A DNA stretch of 64,000 nt, taken from positions 17,283-81,282 of the forward strand of contig MCFE01000402.1 in NCBI GenBank assembly GCA_002104905.1, given 5' to 3'. A program made the translations under genes and the position numbers. The notes under the pieces were generated by a model, which saw only the letters and a list, made by a program, of their open reading frames with translations, was not told the DNA's origin and did no database searches. Below are positions 13,621 to 25,714 of this stretch, in pieces. Every line of letters starts with the position of its first letter. Positions within the stretch are counted from its first letter, which is position 1. This DNA comes from Basidiobolus meristosporus CBS 931.73. Lineage: Eukaryota; Fungi; Basidiobolomycota.

Positions 13621-14096
13621 TTGAATCGCTTGTCCATAGTCTGCACGCTGTTGATGGTCACTTTGGCCAATGGAGATCACTTGCGGTTCACGAAGCCAGC
13701 TAGCAGTGGCCATATAGCTAGTACTTCAGTATCCAGCTACAACTTCAACCCGTTCCCTACTTAATGATAAACAAGGAGGTCGAGCTTGGTCACAAAAAAA
13801 CAGAAGCACAGCTTCACCGCTTGAATTTTGGAACACTAATTCGGCGCTTGCTCTCACTGGAGCCTGCAGAGTTCCAATATGAATTTGGATTCAGGGACGC
13901 GAGATTTGTTCAGATGGAGCCTGGTGTAGCTGATCGGAAATATGATACCACTGGCGTTAAAGCACTAGACGATGACTCAGATTACTTCAGATAATGAGGA
14001 TGAAGATGACGAGGACACCAACCTAGAGGAGGCCGAGTTGTGGGGAAGGTTTGGCGGTCGTGGGCGATGGGACGTGGTAGATGGGGAAGATGGTAA
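13621..14096 (+). pseudogene. Array copy 0 (A-type), degenerate
   Basis: SIVCTLLMVTLANGDHLRFTKP...FNPF followed by an internal deletion and stop; further frameshifts before EDEDDEDTNLEEAELWGRFGG; shortened core; no ATG at the signal start. Confidence 0.85.
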
Positions 14097-14523
14097 ACTA
14101 CAGTGAACTTCACAATTTGCTCACAAGTCTGGATCATCACCAAGATTAGGCCTAATAAATGCCTAGAGCGATATGTGAAATGTAACATTAGCACTAACTG
14201 CTTTAATAAAGCCTACAACAATTGTAAGACACTCAAATTCACTATCCTACCATTTCATAGCAATAATATACAGCTTTCAGCAAGGCCGCAAATGTTAAAG
14301 CAGTATTCACCTGCAGATGACTGCCAAAGAATCACTTATCCCTACTATGCCTACTCATTAGGTAGTACTCTGGAGTTTTCTGGTAACAGAATAGCCACTT
14401 GCAACATTCAAAGGATCGTGAACTAATTCACTTTGCTGGCTACTTATTAGGCTACTCAAGCTTAGTGACCGATCTATATCCTATTTGTTGCGTTTATTAT
14501 CCCAGCATTCTGATGACGGTGAG

Positions 14524-14597
14524 TATAATAAACCATATCTGAATTGAGTGAATTGAATGATAATGAGTCTAACTAAGCAATTCAACCAGAATAAAAG
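14524..14597 (+). promoter_or_regulatory. Representative array promoter: TATAATAA (14524) and ATAAAAG TATA-like box (14591)
   Basis: The same two motifs recur at similar distances upstream of many A- and B-type copies whose spacers are otherwise dissimilar. Confidence 0.55.
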
Positions 14598-14666
14598 CGC
14601 ATCAAAGAGTCTCCAAAAACTCAGACTTGAGCTCTCCAAAGCAACTACACCCAAAAGTACCCGAAG

Positions 14667-15233
14667 ATGTTTCCTAAAATTGCCATTGTCGGTTCGCTCT
14701 TGATGGCCACCCTGGCCTATGGTGACCATTTGAAGTTCGTTAAGCCAGCAACCAGCAACAATGCAGCCATTGCCTCCGTGTCCAACCATGAATTCAACCC
14801 ATTTTACAACACTGGTCGTGGCGTCCTTATTCCAAACTACCTGATCAATAGGGACATTGAACTTGCACCAGAAGAAATCCGTCGACGCCACCTGAATATT
14901 GGTGCATTGATTGATCGCTTACTCTCGCTGAAGACCTTGGGGTTCGCAAACGAGTTTGAGTTCAAGGGGGCAAGATTCATTGACTTGGAGCCAGCCCATG
15001 AGTTTGTCACCAAGAATACCGACATGAAGTATGGCACTACAAGTGATGAAGCAGTGAACGACAACTCCGACATTACTTCAGATAATGAGGATGAAGATGA
15101 CGAGGACACCAACCCAGAGGAAGCTGAGCTATGGGGAAGATTTGGTGGTCGTGGGCGCTGGAGACGTGGCAGATGGGGCCGTGGACGATGGGGACGCGGT
15201 CGCTGGGGACGTGGTAGATGGGGAAGATGGTAG
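14667..15233 (+). CDS. Array copy 1, A-type precursor, 188 aa, intact
   Basis: Signal MFPKIAIVGSLLMATLAYG; core WGRFGGRGRWRRGRWGRGRWGRGRWGRGRWGRW. Confidence 0.9.
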   Translation: MFPKIAIVGSLLMATLAYGDHLKFVKPATSNNAAIASVSNHEFNPFYNTGRGVLIPNYLINRDIELAPEEIRRRHLNIGALIDRLLSLKTLGFANEFEFKGARFIDLEPAHEFVTKNTDMKYGTTSDEAVNDNSDITSDNEDEDDEDTNPEEAELWGRFGGRGRWRRGRWGRGRWGRGRWGRGRWGRW

Positions 15234-15868
15234 ACTGCAATATGCCGCATTCTTCGCTTCACTCACCGAGATACTTCCTGGGATGGCATCTGAAGAATAC
15301 CTCAGTTGTATTTTCAAGTAATGATTGAACCGGTCATGCTAAATAAAGACTTCTCATCTATGCAACAGTTCCTTCATTTTGTTATCTGAATATTCTAACA
15401 GATGCTCTAGACAAGTTTGGCTACAACAACATGCCTCAATGTCAATTCCATGTGTATTGGTCAATGCGAAGCCTTCTTCCCCCATAATTGCCTCTAATGT
15501 CGTCATGATGAATATGCTATAGCTAAAATGCCGACTTGCGAGTCAGGTACTAGCTATGTATCCTGCAGCTCTCTGGAGTTTCCAGCAGCAGAATAGTCAC
15601 TTGCGGTATACAAATTTCCAAGAAATACATTCACTTAGCCGACTATATGTAGTCTACTCAAGCTTGACACCCGATCCATTTATTATTTGTTGTGTTAGTT
15701 ACGTCGATGCTCCAAAGGCAATGAGTTTAATAAAGCATGCCTGGATTGGGTGAATTGAATGATGACGAGTCTAACTAAGCAATTCAACCAGAATAAAAGC
15801 GCATCAAAGAGTCTCCAAAAACTCAGACTTGAGCTCTCCAAAGCAACTACACCCAAAAGTACCCGAAG

Positions 15869-16436
15869 ATGTTTCCTAAAATTGCCATTGTCGGTTCGCT
15901 CTTGATGGCCACCCTGGCCTATGGTGACCATTTGAAGTTCGTTCAAGCCAGCAACCAGCAACAATGCAGCCATTGCCTCCGTGTCCAACCATGAATTCAA
16001 CCCATTTTACAACACTGGTCATGGCATCCTCATTCCAAACTACCTGATAAATCGAGAGGTTGAGCTCGCACCAGAAGAAATCCGTCGACGCCACCTGAAT
16101 ATTGGTGCATTGATTGATCGCTTACTCTCGCTGAAGACCTTGGGGTTCGCAAACGAGTTTGAGTTCAAGGGGGCAAGATTCATTGACTTGGAACCAGCCC
16201 ATGAGTTTGTCACCAAGAACACCGACATGAAGTATGGCACTACAAGTGATGAAGCAGTGAATGACAACTCCGACATTACTTCTGATAATGAGAATGAAGA
16301 TAGCGAGGACACCAACCCAGAGGAAGCTGAGCTATGGGGAAGATTTGGCGGTCGTGGGCGCTGGAGACGTGGCAGATGGGGCCGTGGACGATGGGGACGC
16401 GGTCGCTGGGGACGTGGTAGATGGGGAAGATGGTAG
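15869..16436 (+). CDS. Array copy 2, A-type; +1 frameshift at ~15941 in this assembly
   Basis: ttcgttcaag versus ttcgttaag or ttcttcaag in sister copies, giving TGA at 15992; otherwise nearly identical to copy 1. Confidence 0.7.
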
Positions 16437-17483
16437 TCTTCAATGTGCTTCGCTCTTTACATTAATGGCGAAAACTCTCCCGGGGTTAGCGGCAAAGAAA
16501 AAACACCAGAGTCGAGTTTTGTAGCTAGGCTTGAATTGATCATACTAAATAAAGACTAGTCATCTATACTACAAGGCTATTGTCGTTTTCTGTACATTCC
16601 AACATAAAAACCTACCTCAATGCTAACCCCATACACAATGTCTATCATGAGGTCTTTTTGCTTACCGTTTCCTCGAATGCGGTCGGTTCGGAAGAAGATG
16701 CTGAATTCTGGCAAAGCAGTTGCTTTACCAAACGTTCAGTGATTTTCCAGTTTTTCCGGAAGAGGAGTCAGTTTTGAAGCGAAATGTAATATCGGCATTA
16801 GCACCAATAAAGCTCGAGTTTATGTTATGTAATGATATAGCATTCTCTTCCTGGTATTACAATTTCATGTTGCAATTAGATGAAGGTACATACTTTAAAA
16901 CAGTGGCTTATATCGCTGCCAGTTGGGCTTGTAAGGGCACGAATGGAAATGGCTTCTTAGCCTTCCCACCATCAGAATCTGGGATGAACCATTGATCAAT
17001 CGTGGCTTATGTTGCTCCATAATTTTTCGTTGGTTTCTCGAGGGAAAATTAAAAAACATCGAATGCGTAATGTTTATCTCATAACATATATGCTCTCTGT
17101 GAAGAACATAAAAAGTACTTTCTAATACCCGAATACGAATGGTGACTGCTCTTCAGCCCACATGAAATCCTGATAATATGGGAAGCTTCAGCACCGACAT
17201 TCATCAATCATGCTTCGTAACAAAGCTCGCTGTAATGTTGCAATTTTCCGCAATGTTTCAAATGGATATATTTGGCACTGCGAAGCGTCATTACCACTGA
17301 CATCGCCAGAGAGATTGTGTATCCTCCCAAGTACTGTAAATTTGAAAAAGTGAGCCCAAAAGCTTATGCATGATGAAATGGTGGACCCGGAGCTCAACAT
17401 GTCACTTTATGCCTGATAAAAGAGCAATTATCAGGCTCTGGGAAGTAAGATTCGAAATTTCCAGACCAACAACAGCCTTGAGG

Positions 17484-18123
17484 ATGCTTCTTAAACTATC
17501 CATTTTCTATTCCTTGTTGATGACCACTCTGGCTTATAGGGACCACTTGAGGTTCTTTGAGCCAGTCCGTAGTAACAATGCGGCCATTGCCTCCGTGTCT
17601 AGCCGTGCATTCGGACCATTCTACTATACCGATCAAGGTGTAGTCTTACCCTACTTCATGCTGGGTGAAAATGTCGATATCATCCCAGAGGAGGCTCGAG
17701 TTCGTCGTCTGAAGGTAGGGAGCGTAATCAAGCGTTTGCCACACCGCAGGTACAAGAAAGTGCCTCGGAAGCATGGGCACAGGTATATCAAGAAGGCTGA
17801 TGTGGAGCCAAATACTGAGCCTGCCACTAGTGAGAATGACGTTGGGCCTATATCGGAGCCTAAAGCTGGGAAGCCCATTGATGAGCCCGCTAAAGAACCG
17901 AAACAAGAGCTTGTAGAAGAGCCAGCCACTGGTGAGACAGATACTAAGACCACTGGCAACAATGAGGCTGTAAAAAACAACCCAGACATCGCATCTGATG
18001 AAGACAGCGAGAATGATGCTGACTCTGAGGAAGCCAAGCTCGGGTAGATGGGGCCGTGGAAGAGGAAGACGTGGCCGCTGGGGACGTGGTAGAAGAGGTC
18101 GTGGCAGATGGGGAAGATGGTAA
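17484..18123 (+). pseudogene. Array copy 3, divergent intermediate type; 2-nt deletion at the core junction
   Basis: MLLKLSIFYSLLMTTLAYRDH...IPEEARVRRLK...SEEAKL, then ctcgggtaga instead of ctctggggtaga, creating TAG at 18045-18047. Restored core: WGRWGRGRGRRGRWGRGRRGRGRWGRW. Confidence 0.7.
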
Positions 18124-18659
18124 ATGTGAGGTGGATTCAATCGCATCCTCACAAACAACCTATCCACAAGATATGCTTATTCCTGCCGATCTTTACACAA
18201 CAAATAAAATTTAGGAGCGATCATACCCAGCTTTGTTTCAACTTTGATTTATCACATGTGTTAATATGATTTTGAAAATGGTCGGTTAACGCTGGGCTAA
18301 TAAACAGCATACCCACACCTCACGCTCGAGATACCAATGAAAAATATACCTTCAAGTATCTAAACTATAAGTTATCTTGGGAGCGTTAACGGTTTTCAGG
18401 CAGTACTTGCAATTCATATATGTAGCGGACACCAATTATACCGTCAGTGTCTTATGAGCTGTGGGCGCGTATCCAAGGGTGAGAATTCCATGATGCGAAA
18501 GAATTCGGAGTCGTGAGTATAATATAATAGGGTTAAGCAATTATAAGTGGCTTAATGAGCTTAATTGGTTGTTAAAGGTTTGTTGTGTATAAGTATGCCG
18601 CCTAGGCACTCTCAACAATCAGACTAGAGCTTCAAAAAGCCCACACTAGCTACTCGAAG

Positions 18660-19254
18660 ATGCTTTTCAAACCTTCCGTTCTTTGCTCGCTACTGATGGC
18701 CACTATGGCCTATGGAGATCACGCAAAGTTCTTCAAGCCAGCTGCCAGTAATACTATGGCCGTCGCTTCCGTATCTGACCACGGATTCAGTCCAATCGGC
18801 TACACTGATCAAGGTGTCATCTTCCCCTACTACATGCTGGATGAAGATATCGAGATTACCCCAGAGGAGGCTCAGCTTCGTCGTCTGAAGATCGGGAGCA
18901 TGGTGAAGCGTGCATCCCATCACAAGTCCAAGAAGGTGTACAAGAAGCATAGCAAGAAACACCACAAGAAGACCAAGCATAAGGTTGGAGAGAAGACCGA
19001 TGTAGAGCCAATGACTGAGCCAACCACAGGTGAGGGCGATGTTGATGCTCCTGTCAATGATGAGGCAGCCGAGGATGACTTGGATATTGCAGCTGACGAA
19101 GACAACGAGGATGACACTGACCCTGAGGAAGCCGAGCTCTGGGGTCGCTGGGGCCGTGGAAGGTGGGGACGCGGTCGGTGGGACGAGGCGCTGGGGACGT
19201 GGGAGATGGGGCCGTGGCAGATGGGGACGTGGTAGATGGGGAAGAAGATGGTAA
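18660..19254 (+). CDS. Array copy 4, B-type; two 1-nt deletions in the core repeat in this assembly
   Basis: Signal MLFKPSVLCSLLMATMAYG; tgggacgaggcgctgg versus tggggacgaggccgctgg in sisters. Confidence 0.75.
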
Positions 19255-19829
19255 ATCCATACGTGGATCCAACCATATCCTCAATACCAAAGCAACAGCA
19301 AGACTTCTAGTTCATGTATTGATATGATTAGGCAGTGCGCATCCCAGCCAATCATCATACAATAAATCAATTTTAGGAGTGATCGCATCCACTATTGTTT
19401 CATTTTCGATTTATCACACATGGTATAATGATATGAAAAAGATTGGGTTCCTCTGGGCTAATAAGCAGCATACCCTCATTTCACCCGCGAGATAACAATG
19501 CAAAGGGTTTTTGCAAATACATGAATTAAGGGCCACCTTGAGAGCGTGTACGGTGGTTTTCAGGCATTGCTTGCATATTTGGCGGACACCAATTATACTG
19601 TCTCTTAGGCTGCGGGCGCGTATCCAAGAGTGAGAATTTAATGTGGCTGAAGAATTTGAAGTCGAACAAGCAATATAATAAGGTCGACTCAATATAGGTA
19701 GCTCCATGAGCTAAATCTAGTATTGGAAGGGCTCTCATGCATAAAAATAGCGCCTTTGCTGTCTCGAAAATCATACTAGAGCTTTCCAAAGTCGCTGTAA
19801 ACCACTCTAGCAACACCTGCCACTCGAAG

Positions 19830-20427
19830 ATGATTTTCAAGCCTTCAGTTCTTTGCTCGCTACTAATGGCCACCCTGGCCTATGGCGATCATGCGAAGTT
19901 CTTCAAGCCAGCTGCCAGTGGCAGTGTGGCCGTCGCTTCCATATCCAACCACGGATTCAGTCCAATCCGCTACACTGATCAAGGTGTCATCTTCCCCTAC
20001 TACATGCTGGATGAAGATATCGAGATTACCCCAGGAGGAGGCTCAGCTTCGTCGTCTGAAGATCGGCAGCATGGTGAAGCGTGCACCCCATCATAAGTAC
20101 AAGAAGGTGTACAAGAAGCATAGCAAGAAGCACCACAAGAAGACTGAGCATAAGGTTGGAGAGAAGACCGATGTGGAGCCAATGACTGAGCCATCCCACG
20201 GTGAGGGCGATGTCGATGCTCCTGTCAATGATGAGGCAGCCGAGGATGACTTGGATATTGCAGCTGACGAAGACAACGAGGATGACACTGACCCTGAGGA
20301 AGCCGAGCTCTGGGGTCGCTGGGGCCGTGGAAGGTGGGGACGCGGTCGGTGGGGACGTGGCCGCTGGGGACGTGGGAGATGGGGCCGTGGCAGATGGGGA
20401 CGGGGTAGATGGGGAAGAAGATGGTAA
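19830..20427 (+). CDS. Array copy 5, B-type; +1 G at ~20034 in this assembly
   Basis: accccaggaggag versus accccagaggag; the two ORF halves reconstitute a full precursor. Confidence 0.75.
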
Positions 20428-21012
20428 ATCCATAGTGGATCCAACCATATTCTCAGTACCGAAGCAACAGCAAGACTTCTAGTTCATGTATTGATATGAT
20501 TAGGCAGTGCTCATTCCAGCCAATCATTATACAATAAATCAATTTTAGGAGTGATCACACCCACTGTTTTTTCGATTTAGATTTATCACACATGGGATCA
20601 TGATATGAAAAAGATTGGGTACCTCTGGACTAAAAAGCAGCCTACCCACATCTTGCTCACGAGACATTGATGAAAGAAGTACCATCAAGAATCTAGTATT
20701 TAAGCTATCTTTATGGCGTTTACAGTGCTAGCAGGTCGATGAGTGTAATCCATACGTGCAGTGGACACTTATTACAACAATTAGGCTCAATAGGATATGG
20801 GCGCATATCCTATAGTAAGACTTCAGCGGGTGAAGAGTTTGAAGTGGAACAAGCAATATAATAAGGTCGACTCAATATAGGTAGCTCCATGAGCTAAATC
20901 TAGCATTGGAGGGGCTCTTATGCATAAAAATAGCGCCTTTGCTGTCTCGAAAATCATACTAGAGCTTTCCAAAGTCGTTGTAAACCACTCTAGCAGCACC
21001 TGCCACTCGAAG

Positions 21013-21608
21013 ATGATTTTCAAACCTTCCGTCCTTTGCTCGCTACTAATGGCCACACTGGCCTATGGTGATCATGCGAAGTTCTTCAAGCCAGCTGACA
21101 GTAGCAATATGGCTGTCGCTTCCGTGTCTGACCACGGATTCAGTCCAATCCGCTACACTGATCAAGGTGTCATCTTCCCCTACTACATGCTGGATGAAGA
21201 CATCGAGATTACCCCAGAGGAGGCTCAGCTTCGTCGTCTGAAGATCGGGAGCATGGTGAAGCGTGCACCCCATCATAAGTACAAGAAGGTGTACAAGAAG
21301 CATAGCAAGAAGCACCACAAGAAGACTGAGCATAAGGTTGGAGAGAAGACCGATGTAGAGCCAATGACTGAGCCAACCACAGGTGAGGGCGATGTCGATG
21401 CTCCTGTCAATGATGAGGCAGCCGAGGATGACTTGGATATTGCAGCTGACGAAGACAACGAGGATGACACTGACCCTGAGGAAGCCGAGCTCTGGGGTCG
21501 CTGGGGCCGTGGAAGGTGGGGACGCGGTCGGTGGGGACGTGGCCGCTGGGGACGTGGGAGATGGGGTCGGGCAGATGGGGCCGTGGCAGATGGGGAAGAA
21601 GATGGTAA
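21013..21608 (+). CDS. Array copy 6, B-type; -1 frameshift late in the core
   Basis: ggtcgggcaga lacks one base relative to sisters; family stop TAA at 21606-21608. Confidence 0.75.
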
Positions 21609-22223
21609 ATCCTAGGTGGATTCAACCATATTCTCAATACCAAAGCAACAGCAAGACTTCTAGTTCATGTATTGATATGATTAGGCAGTGCGCATCCCAG
21701 CCAATCATCATACAATAAATCAATTTTAGGAGTGATCATACCCGCTATTGTTTCATTTTCCCAATTTTAGGATTCATTTCATCCAGTATTGTTTCTTTTT
21801 CGATATGTCACACATGTTATTTTGATCTGGAAAACTGGGGTGCCTTTTGACTAAAAAGCGGTTCAGCCTCTCCTCTCTTTCAAGATAACAATGCAAGGAG
21901 GGCTTTAAAGTGCCTAGTCTATGAGCTATCTAGAGTACACTACGAGAAGTGTCTGTCTGTGTTTATGATACATGTGACATGTACTGACTGAGCCAATGCT
22001 TCCTACGGTGTTTGCACATGATCAAGAGTAAAATTTAACGGATGAAGAGTTTAATGTCGAAGAAGCAACATAATATAGTCAAGCCAATATAGGTAGCTCA
22101 AAGAGTAAAGTCTAATATTGGAAAGCTCTTGTGCATAAAAGGGTCCAGTGCGCACCTTCAAGAATCATACTAGAGCTTTCCAAAGTAGCTGTAAACCACT
22201 CTAGCAACACCTACTACTCGAAG

Positions 22224-22817
22224 ATGCTTTTCAAACCTTCCGTTCTTTGCTCGCTACTGCTGGCCACCCTAGCCTATGGAGATCACGCAAAGTTCTTCGA
22301 GCCAGCTGCCAGTAGCAATATGGCCGTCGCTTCCGTGTCTGACTACGGATTCAGTCCAATCCGCTACACTGATCAAGGTGTCATCTTCCCCTACTACATG
22401 CTGGATGAAGACATCGAGATTACCTCGGAGGAGGCTCAGCTTCGTCGTCTGAAGATCGGGAGCATGGTGAAGCGGGCGCCCCATCACAAGTCCAAGAAGG
22501 TCTACAAGAAGGTGACCAAGAAGCACCACAAGAAGCACCACAAGACGACCAAGCATAAGGTTGGAGAGAAGACCGATGTAGAGCCAATGACTGAGCCAAC
22601 CACAGGTGAGGTAGATGTCGATGCTCCTGTCAATGATGAGGCAGCGGTGAATGACCCAGATGTTGCAACTGACGAAGACAACGAGGATGACACTGACCCT
22701 GAGGAAGCCGAGCTCTGGGGTCGCTGGGGCCGTGGAAGGTGGGGACGCGGTCGGTGGGGACGTGGCCGCTGGGGCCGTGGCAGATGGGGACGGGGTAGAT
22801 GGGGAAGAAGATGGTAA
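22224..22817 (+). CDS. Array copy 7, B-type, intact (33-aa core)
   Basis: Signal, PEE-like SEEAQLRRLK, K/H segment, acidic spacer, core WGR(WGRGR)5WGRRW. Confidence 0.9.
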   Translation: MLFKPSVLCSLLLATLAYGDHAKFFEPAASSNMAVASVSDYGFSPIRYTDQGVIFPYYMLDEDIEITSEEAQLRRLKIGSMVKRAPHHKSKKVYKKVTKKHHKKHHKTTKHKVGEKTDVEPMTEPTTGEVDVDAPVNDEAAVNDPDVATDEDNEDDTDPEEAELWGRWGRGRWGRGRWGRGRWGRGRWGRGRWGRRW

Positions 22818-23325
22818 ATCCTACGTGGATCCAACCATATCCTCAATACCAAAGCAACAGCAAGACTTCTAGTTCATGTATTGATATGATTAGGCAGTGC
22901 GCATCCCAGCCAATCATTATACAATAAATCAATTTTAGGAGTGATCACACCCACTATTGTGTCATTTTAGATTTATCACACATGGTATCATGATATGAAA
23001 GAGATTGGGTTCCTCTGGGCTAATAAGGGCGTTTAGCGTTCTGGTCGGTCTCTAAGTGTAATATGTATTAGCAGTGGACACTGGTACTACTAATTTGGCT
23101 CATTGGACAGTGGGCCCATATCCAAGAGTAAAACTTCAACGGGTGAAGAGTTTGAAGTCGAACAAGCAATATATTAATGTTGACTCAATATCTGTAGCTC
23201 CATGAGCTAAATCTAGTATTGGAAGGGCTCTTATGCATAAAAATCGCGCTTTTGCTGTCTCGAGAATCATACTAGAGCTTTCCAAAGTCGCTGTAAACCA
23301 CTCTAGCAACACCTGCCACTCGAAG

Positions 23326-23982
23326 ATGATTTTCAAACCTTCCGTCCTTTACTCGCTACTGATGGCCACACTGGCCTATGGTGATCATGCGAAGTTCTTC
23401 AAGCCAGCTGCCAGTAGCAGTGTGGCCGTTGCTTCCGTATCTGACCACGGATTCAGTCCAATCCGCTACACTGATCAAGGTGTCGTCTTCCCCTACTACA
23501 TGCTGGATGAAGATATCGAGATTACCCCAGAGGAGGCTCAGCTTCGTCGTCTGAAGATCGGGAGCATGGTGAAGCGTGCATCCCATCACGAGTCCAAGAA
23601 GGTGTACAAGAAGGTGACCAAGAAGGTGACCAAGAAACATAGCAAGAAACACCACAAGAAGCACCATAAGAAGCACCACAAGAAACACCACAAGAAGACT
23701 AAGCATAAGGTTGGAGAGAAGACCGATGTGGAGCCAGTGACTGAGCCAACCCACGGTGAGGGTGATGTCGATGCTCCTGTCAATGATGAGGCAGCCGAGG
23801 ATGACTTGGATATTGCAGCTGACGAAGACAACGAGGATGACACTGACCCTGAGGAAGCCGAGCTCTGGGGTCGCTGGGGCCGTGGAAGGTGGGGACGCGG
23901 TCGGTGGGGACGAGGCCGCTGGGGCCGTGGGAGATGGGGCCGTGGCAGATGGGGACGGGGTAGATGGGGAAGAAGATGGTAA
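23326..23982 (+). CDS. Array copy 8, B-type, intact, expanded K/H segment (38-aa core)
   Basis: Nine KKxx units; core WGR(WGRGR)6WGRRW. Confidence 0.9.
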   Translation: MIFKPSVLYSLLMATLAYGDHAKFFKPAASSSVAVASVSDHGFSPIRYTDQGVVFPYYMLDEDIEITPEEAQLRRLKIGSMVKRASHHESKKVYKKVTKKVTKKHSKKHHKKHHKKHHKKHHKKTKHKVGEKTDVEPVTEPTHGEGDVDAPVNDEAAEDDLDIAADEDNEDDTDPEEAELWGRWGRGRWGRGRWGRGRWGRGRWGRGRWGRGRWGRRW

Positions 23983-24597
23983 ATCCTAGGTGGCTCCCAC
24001 CACATCCTCAATACCGAAGCAACAGCAAGACTTCTAGTTCATGTATTGATATGATTAGGCAGTGCGCATCCCAGCCAATCATTATACAATAAATCAATTT
24101 TAGGAGTGATCATACCCGCTATTGTTTCATTTTCCCAATTTTAGGATTCATTTCATCCAGTATTGCTTCTTTTTCGATATGTCACACATGGTATTTTGAT
24201 CTGGAAAACTGGGGTGCCTTTTGACTAAAAAGCGGTTCAGCCTCTCCTCTCTTTCAAGATAACAATGCAAGGAGGGCTTTAAAGTGCCTAGTCTATGAGC
24301 TATCTAGAGTACACTAAGAGAAGTGTCTGTCTGTGTTTATGATACATGTGACATGTACTGACTGAGCCAATGCTTCCTACGGTGTTTGCACATGATCAAG
24401 AGTAAAATTTAACGGGTGAAGAGTTTGATGTCGAAGAAGCAACATAATATAGTCAAGCCAATATAGGTAGCTCAAAGAGTAAAGTCTAATATTGGAAAGC
24501 TCTTGTGCATAAAAGGGTCCAGTGCGCACCTTCAAGAATCATACTAGAGCTTTCCAAAGTAGCTGTAAACCACTCTAGCAACACCTACTACTCGAAG

Positions 24598-25205
24598 ATG
24601 CTTTTCAAACCTTCCGTCCTTTACTCTCTACTGATGGCCACACTGGCCTATGGAGATCATGCGAAGTTCTTCAAGCAAGCTGCCAGTAGCAATATGGCCG
24701 TCGCTTCCGTGTCTGACTACGGATTCAGTCCAATCCGCTACACTGATCAAGGTGTCATCTTCCCCTACTACATGCTGGATGAAGACATCGAGATTACTCC
24801 AGAGGAGGCTCAACTTCGTCGTCTGAAGATCGGGAGCATGGTGAAGCGGGCGCCCCATCACAAGTCCAAGAAGGTCTACAAGAAGGTGACCAAGAAGCAT
24901 AGCAAGAAGCACCACAAGACGACCAAGCATAAGGTTGGAGAGAAGACCGATGTAGAGCCAATGACTGAGCCAACCACAGGTGAGGGCGATGTCGATGCTT
25001 CTGTCAATGATGAGGCAGCCGAGGATGACTTGGATATTGCAGCTGACGAAGACAACGAGGATGACACTGACCCTGAGGAAGCCGAGCTCTGGGGTCGCTG
25101 GGGCCGTGGAAGGTGGGGACGCGGTCGGTGGGGACGTGGCCGCTGGGGACGTGGGAGATGGGCCGTGGCAGATGGGGACGGGGTAGATGGGGAAGAAGAT
25201 GGTAA
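24598..25205 (+). CDS. Array copy 9, B-type; -1 G in the core in this assembly
   Basis: agatgggccgt versus agatggggccgt; family stop at 25203-25205. Confidence 0.75.
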
Positions 25206-25714
25206 ATCCATAGTGGATCCAACCATATTCTCAATACCAAAGCAACAGCAAGACTTCTAGTTCATGTATTGATATGATTAGGCAGTGCGCATCCCAGCCA
25301 ATCATTATACAATAAATCAATTTTAGGAGTGATCGCATCCACTATTGTTTCATTTTAGATTTATCACACATGGTATCATGATATGAAAGAGATTGGGTTC
25401 CTCTGGGCTAATAAGGGCGTTTAGCGTTCTGGTCGGTCTCTAAGTATAATATGTATTAGCAGTGGACACTTTGTACTACTAATTTAGCTCATTGGACAGT
25501 GGGCCCATATCCAAGAGTAAAACTTCAACGGGTGAAGAGTTTGAAGTCGAACAAGCAATATATTAATGTTGACTCAATATCTGTAGCTCCATGAGCTAAA
25601 TCTAGTATTGGAAGGGCTCTTATGCATAAAAATAGCGCTTTTGCTGTCTCGAGAATCATACTAGAGCTTTCCAAAGTCGCTGTAAACCACTCTAGCAACA
25701 CCTGCCACTCGAAG

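Noticed and set aside
14103-14426. 107-aa ORF repeated at 34667-34990, and a 65-aa ORF at 15556 repeated at 33781
   Set aside because: Conserved only because the spacer was recently duplicated; TTG/weak starts and no coding character.
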